From the NCBI GenBank assembly GCA_035221665.1, contig CM069140.1, forward strand, positions 23,498,001 to 23,562,000: 64,000 nucleotides of DNA, written 5' to 3'. Below, in pieces: positions 41,001-58,320 of the stretch (position 1 is its first letter; every line of letters starts with the position of its first letter). The stretch is from Okamejei kenojei (Eukaryota). The position numbers were made by a program, and so were the translations under genes. Below the pieces are notes generated by a model that did no database searches, was not told where the DNA came from, and saw nothing but the letters and a program-made list of their open reading frames with translations.

Positions 41001-42382
41001 CAAACTCCGTACAGGCAGCATTTGTAGTCTGGCCTACCAGCTTTGCTGAAATCCATAATGTTTACTGCCCCCGTCCTCATCAATTTTCTTAGTTTCCTCC
41101 TCAAAAAAAACTCAGACTTGTCAAATAGGATGTTTGCTGCATAAAAAACCATGTTGACTCCTAATTTGCCTCTGTCATTCTAAGCAAACATGAATCCTAT
41201 CCTTTAAAATTGATTTCAAATAATTTCCCAATTGGTGACAATACTCACTAGTTTAGTCTCCTGGCTTATCCCTTATGCCCTTTTTGAATAATGGAACCAC
41301 ATTGGCTATTCTCTGGTTAACGAAGAAGCAAACTTCTCCATGTAATGGCATCTGGCCTTGGGAATGTATCCATCTTAATTTGCTAATATCTCTAACATTC
41401 CTACATAAAGATAGAAATATGATTTAGATATGGATGCTTCATAAATCCCCTATTTTCAACAGCTCATGTGAAGATCGTGCAATTCAGATAATATGCCATT
41501 AAATGTGGGAAACCCTAAAATTGCAATTAATTAGGCAAATCCCAGTTGATCCATCTTTCATTGTTAATGCAAAATCCAAGACTACGTCATTGCCATCTTT
41601 GGTCTCTTATTATTTTTAGGTTGGAACCGTACGGCAATCTCTCAAAAGTGAATACTCCGTTACTGACGCCTCTTACACTTTCACTGGAAGAATGGAGTAC
41701 TAAAGAGGCCAATGACAACTATGAACTGTTTGCAGTAGTCATGCATAATGGGGTGAGTATTAGTAGTGGTCATTACACAGCCTACATAAAAATGCCATAT
41801 TTTGGCAGTCAAGAGATGCACAAAGAAGAATCTGCGCCAAATTCTGTACATGGTGTGAAACAGGAATCACTTGGAGAGGAAGAGGCAAAGAACACTGTTT
41901 GTTCACATGAATATGATGATGGTGAGGTGTCGGTTAAATTAAAAGGAAACCTCCAAACAGCATCTGGTAAAACTACAAAGAAGAATGCAGAAAGTGTTGG
42001 GCTGTTAGGTGGACAAAAACACATGTCCAGCTTTTATCTAAATGCCTCCAAGAACAAGAATAACCTTGAAAAACCTGGATTTGCATTAAATGAAAATGAC
42101 AAATCTAACGTGAACTATGAAGACAAACAACATTGTTTCCTCAACAACCAAAGCAGTTTTACCAGTCAGCATGGTGTATTTAAAACTGAGGGGAGTACTC
42201 CAGAAAATGTATTTCTTCAAAGTTGCTCTAGTCTGCAGGAGTATGAAGGAAAATGGATGTTGTTCGATGATGCTGAGGTAAAGCTTACAGACGAGCAAGA
42301 TTTTCTCAGCTCACTTTCTCCTTCAACTTCTTGTACATCAACTCCATATCTATTGTTCTATAAGAAAATGGCAAATGCATAA
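22883..42382 (+). CDS. USP1: Ubiquitin carboxyl-terminal hydrolase 1 (USP1), complete, 809 aa
   Basis: join 22883-23046, 26367-26496, 27875-27982, 28457-28626, 31963-32696, 37913-38071, 39073-39274, 41620-42382 = 2430 nt in frame; Cys box [18 protein letters not shown], His box SSGHY, LFDD, GLLGGQK autocleavage motif. Confidence 0.97.
23600..23915 (-). mobile_element. tRNA-derived V-SINE
   Basis: (TTTAG)n tail; reverse B-box near 23860. Confidence 0.8.
24414..24693. mobile_element. PIF/Harbinger-like MITE
   Basis: TIR AGGCCTTGTCCCA...TGGGATAAGGCCT with TTA duplication. Confidence 0.8.
26367..26496 (+). CDS. USP1: USP1 exon with catalytic Cys box
   Basis: [19 protein letters not shown]; AG/GT ends. 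Confidence 0.96.
27875..27982 (+). CDS. USP1: USP1 exon ([10 protein letters not shown]...)
   Basis: AG/GT ends, 36 codons. Confidence 0.95.
28457..28626 (+). CDS. USP1: USP1 exon (...[15 protein letters not shown]...[10 protein letters not shown])
   Basis: AG/GT ends, phase 0/2. Confidence 0.95.
29294..29849. mobile_element. hAT (Charlie-like) MITE inserted next to a Rex/Babar 3' fragment
   Basis: TIR CAGTGGTCGGCAACCT...AGGCTGCCAACCACTG; imperfect 8-bp TSD CTCATAAG/CTCTAAAG. Confidence 0.75.
30780..31840 (+). mobile_element. Penelope-like retroelement (RT C-terminus, GIY-YIG endonuclease, 3' tail), decayed
   Basis: [18 protein letters not shown]; CRSCNTCP...[34 protein letters not shown]. 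Confidence 0.9.
31963..32696 (+). CDS. USP1: USP1 large exon ([19 protein letters not shown]... insert with NLSs, [13 protein letters not shown])
   Basis: ORF 31934..32701; AG/GT ends, phase 2/1. Confidence 0.96.
32750..33350 (-). mobile_element. Rex1/Babar-like LINE 3' fragment
   Basis: [10 protein letters not shown]...[13 protein letters not shown]; HPGHPL...[16 protein letters not shown]. Confidence 0.8.
33635..34040 (-). mobile_element. CR1 LINE 3' end
   Basis: reverse complement of the same 3' UTR as 19422-20045; AGAAACAT-type tail. Confidence 0.9.
34717..37278 (-). mobile_element. Tc1 IR/DR-type DNA transposon (DD34E), decayed, with nested insertions
   Basis: TA flanks; long TIRs with internal direct repeat CCATAATGTTTGGGACA; ORF 35717..36259 QQDNDPKH...[12 protein letters not shown] with 34 aa between D and E. 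Confidence 0.93.
34797..35617. mobile_element. Non-autonomous DNA transposon (CAGG termini) nested in the Tc1 left TIR
   Basis: 14-bp TIR CAGGCATGATATTC; AATAGA duplicated on both sides. Confidence 0.88.
37913..38071 (+). CDS. USP1: USP1 exon ([23 protein letters not shown]...)
   Basis: AG/GTAAGT ends, phase 1/1. Confidence 0.96.
39073..39274 (+). CDS. USP1: USP1 exon ([35 protein letters not shown]...)
   Basis: AG/GTAAGT ends, phase 1/2. Confidence 0.96.
39750..40680 (-). mobile_element. Rex1/Babar-like LINE RT/3' fragment, decayed
   Basis: minus strand [21 protein letters not shown]; ILAWFGN; HHPG motif. Confidence 0.7.
41620..42382 (+). CDS. USP1: USP1 last coding exon (His box, GG autocleavage site, TPYLLFYKK)
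   Basis: ORF 41546..42382; acceptor tatttttAG; TAA stop. Confidence 0.97.
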
Positions 42383-44921
42383 AAATGCACCTTTTAAAGA
42401 TTACTATTAATAATTTCACGATGGGGAATCTTTCATTGCTTGTCTATATTATAGAGGACTATTTAAAGCTTCATGAACAATCAAGTATAATCAAAACAGC
42501 CAGATAAACTAAGCCTCCAAATATGAAAAGATTGTAGGCTCTAAATTTATTACCAGTTAATAAAAATTAATATAAATACTGTATTCACACGTTGTGTGCA
42601 AATTATACATCCCTTGTCTCCTTAGGAGACTGTCTTGAATTTACAACTGTACTCCATCCTAATTTGTTAAGCTGGTTAAATGTAAGTGATTTAAAATCAC
42701 CACAGCTATGTGTAAAACACTTGCCGTATTTATAAAACTGCCCTGCAGCCCATAATAATAAAAATCTAAAGAATGTAATCGCATCTATTTTAGATGATTT
42801 GAAGATGGTAGAAGCCAGAGTTTGATCTCAATCCCCTCCCTTACCCCTAACATTAAGATATCTTGAGGCACCTGCTATGCTACTCAACGCCCAGATATTA
42901 AAGTTAAATGTAATTTACTGCCAACCATTCGGTCCTTGATCTTGCTATGTTGGCGAATATCAACTCTGAACAAACTGCCTATATAAAGTCTGAATGAATC
43001 TCTTTAGATCTAATCTTGGCACTTTTTGCTGAGTTAACATCTTAATAAAACTACACATCATTTATGAGTATAATGTTTTGCTCTTAGTTAAAACATCAAT
43101 GTGACAGATCAGACATTAACATTTATCATTTATTTGCCATACAAGATGGTGATTGTATATACTTAATATCCTAAAAGGGACCTGTCTTTTGATTACCTTC
43201 TTAGAAATTTCTACATTTGACAATATGTGCAAGGAATCTGGAATATTGTCACATTCTATTTTCTTATGCATTGTATTGTAGATATTAGTAATGTAAATAT
43301 AAGTCTTTGTACAGAATTATTTGAGTTTAATTATACAACCGGTGTCTAGTTTAAGCTGTCCTTATTAATAAGGACATTCAATTCAATTCTTATTAATTCA
43401 AATCCAATTTGTAAATGCACTTAAAGGTTGTACATATACTGCACTTGTCTTTTAATAACATTTATTTGAGTTGATTAGCCTGCATGCTCATGTCTATATT
43501 ATGTCTTTGGTCTTTTTTTTACATTTCTCACAAGTGATATGTTTAGCAAAATGTGGAGATTAAACAAGATCTGATCACTGACCTACAGTAAACCACAGCA
43601 ACTTTACTGCCATAGAAACTAAAGGTGTTTTGTAGATGTTCATTTAGCAACACAATTAAAAAAGAAAGCCATTACCATAAATATGGTATAAAGTGTTTTT
43701 TTTCTTTAACATTGGCAATGTTATCTTCACTTGAATATTTTAGTGAATTGTATGATTTCAATGTTGCTGTAACAAGCCTATCATGAACTGTTTTCAATGA
43801 ATTGGTGTGGGCATTGGCAGAACACCATTTACTTCTGATTTGAAGATAACCAACCCCGAATACAACTTATTGTAGCATAAGCAACTATGTTCAACCCTTT
43901 CCTTCCCCCCACTTCTAATAAAAACAAAGGCAAAATCATAAAATAACGTTTTTAATATTTTCATTAAATCCTTTTAAGAGTACAATTCCATGCAAACTAT
44001 CTCGGTTTGAATGCGAGCAGTGATTCCAATCAGACCTCAATCCTGTCATACCTCAGTCCTGTTGTTACTATTTTTTTTCATATTTAACTAGTCCTAAAAG
44101 GAATCATTGTAAAACGTGCAGGAACATTCACATGCATATTTCTCACTTCAAAGGAATGCACAGTTGCAAGAAATTGCTGTTATTTCTCATTTTACTTGGC
44201 ATTAATATCAGTGCAGTCTTGTGTTCAGGTTGAGTAGCATATTAAGTGATATACGTGTTAAATTAAGGGAGTAAATTTATTTTACATTAATCCAAAACTG
44301 TTAAAAGAATATCTAATGCTTGATTGGTGTTTTTATTTAAAATATTCCTATCTAGATTATGCGAAGCGTGTTTGGTCTTAAATCCGCTCTCAGTAATCAA
44401 ACGCTTATATAGCCGGCTAGAGGAAAACAAATCAATGTACCAGATTTTTAGTAATTACAATATTTAATCGTACCTTTTTTAAAAAATAAATGCCAATCAC
44501 ACAAAACTGTTCAAAAGATCTTGTTCAAACTTGATAAATAGTACATCAGCTGACATTAAGAACTTTTAATACATAATGGTAGATAAATAATATGAGTTAG
44601 TGAATCTGAACAACTACAAATGCTTGTGACAAAACTAACAAAAGCACAATACCGGCTTTGTGCAATTTAATGTAACCGTGGGAATATTAAAATAATTACA
44701 AGTACCATCAATGCTGACATTTATCCTTGCTTTCACACTTAAGGAAATGTAGTGTATCTAAAATATCCCCACATGTGGTTATATTAAAAAAATTGAGGTA
44801 TGAATTTGTTTTTTAATTTTTAATTATCTTTTCATTACCATGTTTCTTGGGCGATGATGAAACGGATAGCTTTTTATTGTATTCCTTCACATGCAACTGG
44901 ATAAATGTCAAGTCTGTCTTT

Positions 44922-51772
<6,851 letters not shown>

Positions 51773-53699
51773 CTATAGAGGGAGTAATTTGTATAATTAT
51801 GTTGGAGTAACCAGATAACATCCAAAAGAAGCAAAGATTCTTACTTTATGAAAACATGAAATGAGAAATGCCCATCAAGCTCCTTGCCTCCAAAGTTTAT
51901 GCATATTCTGCCGCATTTATTCAAACTTATTAATCAAACTTACCATCTCAATATTCTTTCATTTGCAAAAGGGAAACTGAATTGTTTTTCCATTTAATCA
52001 CACAATTCTCTGCAGCAGTTTCCATTTAAGTTTAACACCTCATTCATTTCAATTATTTATTGCATTTTAACCATGATGATCTATCATAATGTGGATTGTC
52101 TTCCTGCTCTAGGCTGTTTTCTGTCCATTCCGGCAAGGGGAAGCACAACCACCATTACCATTCTAAAATATATAGTACATAAAGAAGCAGAAAGAATGAG
52201 AATTTCCCAATCGTCACATAAAAACTTAGGATAGATTTTACAATGCCCCTCAATTTTCTTAACTCTCCAGTAAGAATTTACATGGCACTCTAATAGGCAG
52301 ATGGTCACATTTTCATTCTGCCTTCCATTGACATAGTGTTTTGTTGGTATTTATATTTTCATATTTTCCTACTTAAAATCATTTAAAGGTTTATGTGGGT
52401 GAAATCGTGTGAATTCTTATCTCTTAAAATGCCAGTTTATACTTTAAATGTAGGAGCTATGTTACAAATCAGATTTAATCCTTACAATACCCTATATTTC
52501 TGCTCTCCACCTACGCTATTTCTCTGGACTCGGAATGCTGAGGAGTTTTAATGTGGTGAGTTGCCATTATTGAGATAAACACGTTCAATACAGATCAGAT
52601 TCAAGACGTCCTGATCTACTGTACAATCACGAAAAATCAAAGGCAGCTATTCAGTATTATAATGGTCGAAATGATCAAAGGCTGAAGTGCCTACACATTT
52701 CTTCTGTTAATTTATGACAAGGGAATTGTCCCAAGATAATGTGGAATGCGGAAAGATATATAAGAATTTGATCCTGGAGGCTTAGGAAGATAGTGCTGGA
52801 TACTGATGTGCAAGCCCCACAATTCCAATGTGCAAAAACTGTATGTCCCAGCATTTCTGAAAGTAATACTTCAAAAGGTCCATTAAATTCCCTCAATAAC
52901 ATTTATAACAAATATATTAACACAAGTAACAATTCTGTGCACATTTGGGTAGTGGAAAGAAATGATAAAAAACAATTCACACCAACAAAAATCTTTTGAA
53001 ATGTTAATGATTGCATGTGTTGAATGCAATTATGAACAGAATGACAATTAAAATATACGTTTCATAATCATGAATTATTTTTGCCTGTTTATGTGGTTTA
53101 TGCTAACTGTCATTTCTAGGTGTCAGTTATGGATGCCTGACACATTCTGCTTGTCCAAAATATTCAAATTGCAGCTTTTAACGTAAATAATATCTGTCAT
53201 ACAGTGGAAAGGAAAGACTTACTTTTAGCAAAGATCAAAACCAGACACACAGATTTCAGATAAATGTTACTGGATTAGAAGATTGAGGATTTTGCTTTCA
53301 CCAGGAGGTCTGAGAATCGGTCTGCACAGGTGGTAGAGGTAGAAGTATATCTCACGAGGCACTTGGATGAGTACATGAGGAGCATAAACACACAATTTGC
53401 TGGACCCACAGTGGGAAGTGGGTTTAGGCCGAATAGCTTTCTTTTCCTAGTCAGAATGAAGCCATTAGGAAGAACAACCATAACTTTCCACAATTCTATC
53501 AAGGATGCAATATGACAATCAGAGGGTGACAGGGTGCTAGAGCTGCAGCTTGACAGCGCCAGACACCCGGGTTTGATATTGACTACGGGTGTTGTCTATA
53601 TGGGGTTTGGTCTGAAGAAAGGTCTCGACCCGAAATGTCACCCATTCCTTCTCTCCAGAGATGTTGCATGTCCCACTGAGTTACTCCAGCATTTCTCCT

Positions 53700-54650
53700 C
53701 TTCTCTAAAGTTTGTTCAATTTATAAGTCAATATTCTATAATCCTTGGGTACACAAAATGCTGGAGAAACTCAGCGGGTGCAGCAGCATCTATGGAGCGA
53801 AGGAGATAGGCAACGTTTCGGGCCGAAACCCTTCTTCAAGGAGTTTCTATAATCCTTTTTGTTCTTAGGATTCAAATAACACATGTGTACAGCTGTTTTT
53901 CCGTCAGTCTTATCCAAATTATTTCCCATGTCCATCCAATTACCGACTACTTACTTAGTACACAACGTAGTACACACATTATAACAAACTTTTTCAGCCT
54001 TTTATGCCCAATCCTTTATATTAATAACAAACCTTTGCAGTCTTTAATGCAAAATCCTGGCTACTGTAGTAACAAATTCACAACAGTCGTTTCAAAACAC
54101 TGTCTCTTCAATAAACATTGTCTTTCCAATACACTTTAGTGACAAAAACGTTTAGTCTGCCGTGGCCAATTCTTTTTTTGTCTGAAGAAGGGTCTCGACC
54201 TGAAACGTCGCCTATCTCCTTCGCTCCTTAGATGCTGCTGCACCCGCTGAGTTTCTTCAGCTTTTTGTGTACCCTTTACATGACAAAACCTCTTTAGTCT
54301 GCCCAATCCTATACACATCTCCAATACACATTAGTTACAAAACCTTTGTAGTCTGCTGTGGCCAATCCTTTACTTTACCCAATTCAATACACAAGCCAAT
54401 CCTTTACACAAGTGGTCTTACCTTCGCTGTCTGCTTCTAAGGATCTTGTCTGGTAACCAGATCAACCTCACACCTAGGGACCACAATATGTTCCCGGGAG
54501 CTTCTTCGGGAGGTCGGTCACAAAGGGCCCGACAAGTTCACTCTTCTCCCCTTCAGATCCCGGTCAACTGCACCCTCTCACTCAGTCATATGTTGCTGGT
54601 CCCAGCGAGATCCCTACCTACTAACGCCAAATGTCAAAGTTGTTTTCTCC
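53700..54650 (-). mobile_element. LTR-retroelement/ERV remnant: LTR end, tRNA-Ser-like PBS, leader, gag start
   Basis: ...GACA-TT-TGGCGTTAGTAGGTAGGGAT; AAG|GTAAG donor; MGNNLDK ORF. Confidence 0.55.
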
Positions 54651-57467
54651 TCCCTGTGACCACTCCGGGTGCTCCGGTTTCCTCCCTCACTCCAAAGACA
54701 ACACGTTTGTAGGCTAATTGGAAATTGTTCCTCGCGTAGTAGGTTAGTGCTAGTGTACGGGGTGAGTGTTGGTCGGCGTGGACTAGGTGTGATGAAAGGC
54801 CTATTTCCACACTGTATCTCTAAAGTCTAAAGAGATGGTACACTGGATCAATCTGGTCATTTGGTTGAAATTTTTCCCAGATAGGTTCCATTACATAATT
54901 CCCTGATATTTTCATTGTTTATCACGAGACAGTATTAACCAGCAGCATTTTGTACGTCAATATGTGGCAGTGTTTCAATGGCGAATCATTTATGTCATTT
55001 GAGAGGCCGTTGTGTAGGTCGTTGCCCATCTCTGCTCCTGCCCTCTTTGGTAGTTTTTGAGAACTATATATATATGACAATATAACCCACTAGCTTAATT
55101 TGATAATATTGTGGAGTGGAAAATAGCATTTGCCTTCCCGGTCTGTACTACTATATTTGCATTTCTGCATGTATATATTATTTTGTTTGTTTTTCTGTAT
55201 GTAACTGAAGCACAATGAACCATGTATTTGCAACACATGGAAAGTGTACAAGTGAAACAAAGACATGGGAGATAACAGCAGAAAAAGCAACAATGATCAG
55301 CCACAAACTAACCATCAGAAGAATTACTAAACACAACAGATAATTAAGTTATTTAAGATTATAGACTAAGTGCAACATGCAGGAGACAAAGCTGAGGTGA
55401 TTTAAGATAAATTCTTGCAATATTCACTCACAAAGGCATTACGTTAAAAAACCCACATTATTTTTCTACATTAATGTGTTTGAAAGATCCACATTTAAAT
55501 ATGACCATATGCATTTACCTTACAGTTAAGTAATATGTGAACTAAAGAATAAGGTTGATAACTGAACTTTTTAGCAGATTGTTTATGTACACAGAGACCT
55601 ACAAATGAATTGGACAATTGGAAGATAGACATAAACTGCTTGAGTAACTCAATGGGATAGGCAGCATTTCTGGAGAGCGGAATGGGTCGAGACGCTTCTT
55701 CAGACTGAGTCAGGGGAGAGGGAAACTAGAGACATGAAGGGGCAGGGTGTGAAAACAACAGACAAAAGCAGATGAGCAAGGAAATATAGAATGGTTCATT
55801 GTTGGCTGAGGGGAAGGTGACAAAAGGGCATACACACAATAAAATTAGTCAGGAGGACAGTGAAACTAGTCGGAGAACTAGGGTGGGGGAAGGACGGAGA
55901 GAGAGGAAACGTATTGGACTTGTCTTGGAAATAGGTCCTGGAAATTTTGTGTTTTTATGACTGATGGCAGATCAATTTCTCTCCTGGGATAAATAAAGTT
56001 CCATCGTATCTTCTTCTTCTTGCGTATGGCGTACACAGCCTAAGGTTGTAGGACAACTTGCTCTATTTGATCTTATTTGATTGTGTCTATCCTATCGAAA
56101 TAGGAATACAGGATATGCATTCTGAGTGATGGGATTTAACACATGATGTCCTTTCAGGGAGATGCTCTAGAGACTCAAATTTTTCACCACACTTAAGGAT
56201 GAATGTATTCATTCATGAGTAGAAGCAACAATAAGTGATGCAAGCATTACAGAAACATAGCTGATTCAGGGGCAAAAGTTTAGTAAATTGTGTTTTACAT
56301 GGACAAGTATGAGGCCTTCTTTCTCATAACCAAGCAAAAAATAGAATATATAATGAAGCAAAGAGAACTGGAAGATCAACCATAAATCATTAAAACCAAG
56401 TTAATAAAATTACAACCAAGTTACAAGATATGGGGACGGTCATTTTAAACTGAGGTGCAAAATAATTTCTTCTCAGGGTGGTAATCTCTGGAATTTCTCT
56501 ACCACGGAAGGTTATAGAGGACAACTAATTTGGGTTACTGAAAGGGGGAATGTGAAAGATCAAGAAATTGAGGGCGATCGGGAACTGGCACAGATCAGAT
56601 GAGGCCCGGGTCGATCAGCCACGATCAAATTGACTGGAGAACAGGCTTGAGGGGTTGGCTGGCCTATCGTTGCTCTATCAATGAAGCGTAGCCTTTATTT
56701 CAAAGGAGATTGAAAATAAAGAAAAGGAAGTTATATTACATTTCTGTAGAGTTTTGGTTAGATCCCAACCGAAAATATAATTTATTTTTTGGCACCGCTT
56801 GCCCATTGTCAGGAGGGGCTGCATCACAAATCCACCAGATTGATCATATATTTAGAAGGTTCAGTTATGAAGGTGACTTGCACACATAAACGTAACTTGT
56901 ATTCCTATGTGTTTGCGGAAGACTGAAGGGGTGGTAATCTGAATAAGATGTTTAAGCATGATCATCCTTATTATGTAACCAAATTCAGTACCACCCACGT
57001 AGCACAAATGTTCCAAACGATCAATAAAAGAACAATTTGACCATCTATTTTTTGGTGGTTTCAATTGATTGAAATCATGCAACTCTTGGGACACCAAATT
57101 ATGACTCCAAAAATGACCATGTTGTCAACTATTTTAATCTGATCTCATGCAATACTCTCTGTTGGGGAGCTGGAGTGCAATGAGAAACTGCACAGCCTTT
57201 TAAATGACATGACTGCAAACAAAGCTTTGCTTCATTCATTTTTTGACAACATATATTGCGTACTAACATACACCGGCTAGCATACAGCTGGAAAATCAGG
57301 TTTGAGAATTCACAATAGTTATGCTGTCTTGAGACTCATGATTCACTCATCATCTAATAAAAATGGAGCAAATTTAGAATATTTACTAAAGGTCCCAAGC
57401 TTGCAGAAAGTTAAATATTGATCAAACAATATCAACTGTTTCCCAACTGTTCTGAAATCATCTATTG

Positions 57468-57760
57468 GCGACACGGTGGTGCAGCGATAGAGCTGCTGTC
57501 TCACAGCGCTTGCAACGCTTAAGACCCAGATTCGATCCCAACGACGGGTGCTGTTTGTACGGAGTTTCTACGTTCGCCCCATGACCGCGTGAGTTTTCTG
57601 TTTCCTCCCACCCTCCAAAGACGTACAGATTTGTAGGATAATTGGCTTGGTGCAAATCGTCCCTAGTGTGTGTAGGATAGTGTTGCTGGGATCATTAGTT
57701 GGTGTGGACTCAGTGGGCTGAAGGGCCTGTTTTCGCGCTGTATCTCTAAACTAAACTAAA
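57468..57760 (+). mobile_element. tRNA-derived V-SINE (HE1-like)
   Basis: A/B-box head, central V-like core, (CTAAA)n tail. Confidence 0.85.
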
Positions 57761-58320
57761 TCTTGTGAGATAGCTTCACACAAGGCATCAACTTTTTAAC
57801 AGGACACCAACTGGTTGAAGTACCTCAGCAATCTACAACCTTTCCTTTTGGGGAAACCCCCTTATACAGGTCTATGATATGTTTACATATCAAGTCACCA
57901 ACGATATAAGAGTTCTCCGTGATGAGGGAAATGCAGCTCACATACATATGGACCTCCAAAGGATGTCCAATGAATTGGTGCGTAATAACATGCTTATCAT
58001 CAAGATTGAAGGCAATGGGATAAAATAAACCATCATATTATGAATAGAAAATTGGTAAAAGAAAATAATTATAGTAAAAGGCTTTTCAGATTGAAGGGAA
58101 GTATACAATATAGTGTACAATAGAGGTCAGTCCTAAATCAATGATATTCTTAATGTATATTAATCATCTGGACTTGGGTACACATAGTGTTAATTTAAAG
58201 GTTTTCAGATGACATAAGACATGTAGTGAACTCTGAGGAGGTTAGTAGTATAGATTGAAACTCTGGTCTGGCATTCTTGGATCCTGACTACAGACCTGAT
58301 GGACTACAAAAATTGCCCGA

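Noticed and set aside
57468-57545. tRNA-like A/B boxes as tRNA genes
   Set aside because: They are SINE heads followed by a core and (CTAAA)n tail, with no full cloverleaf
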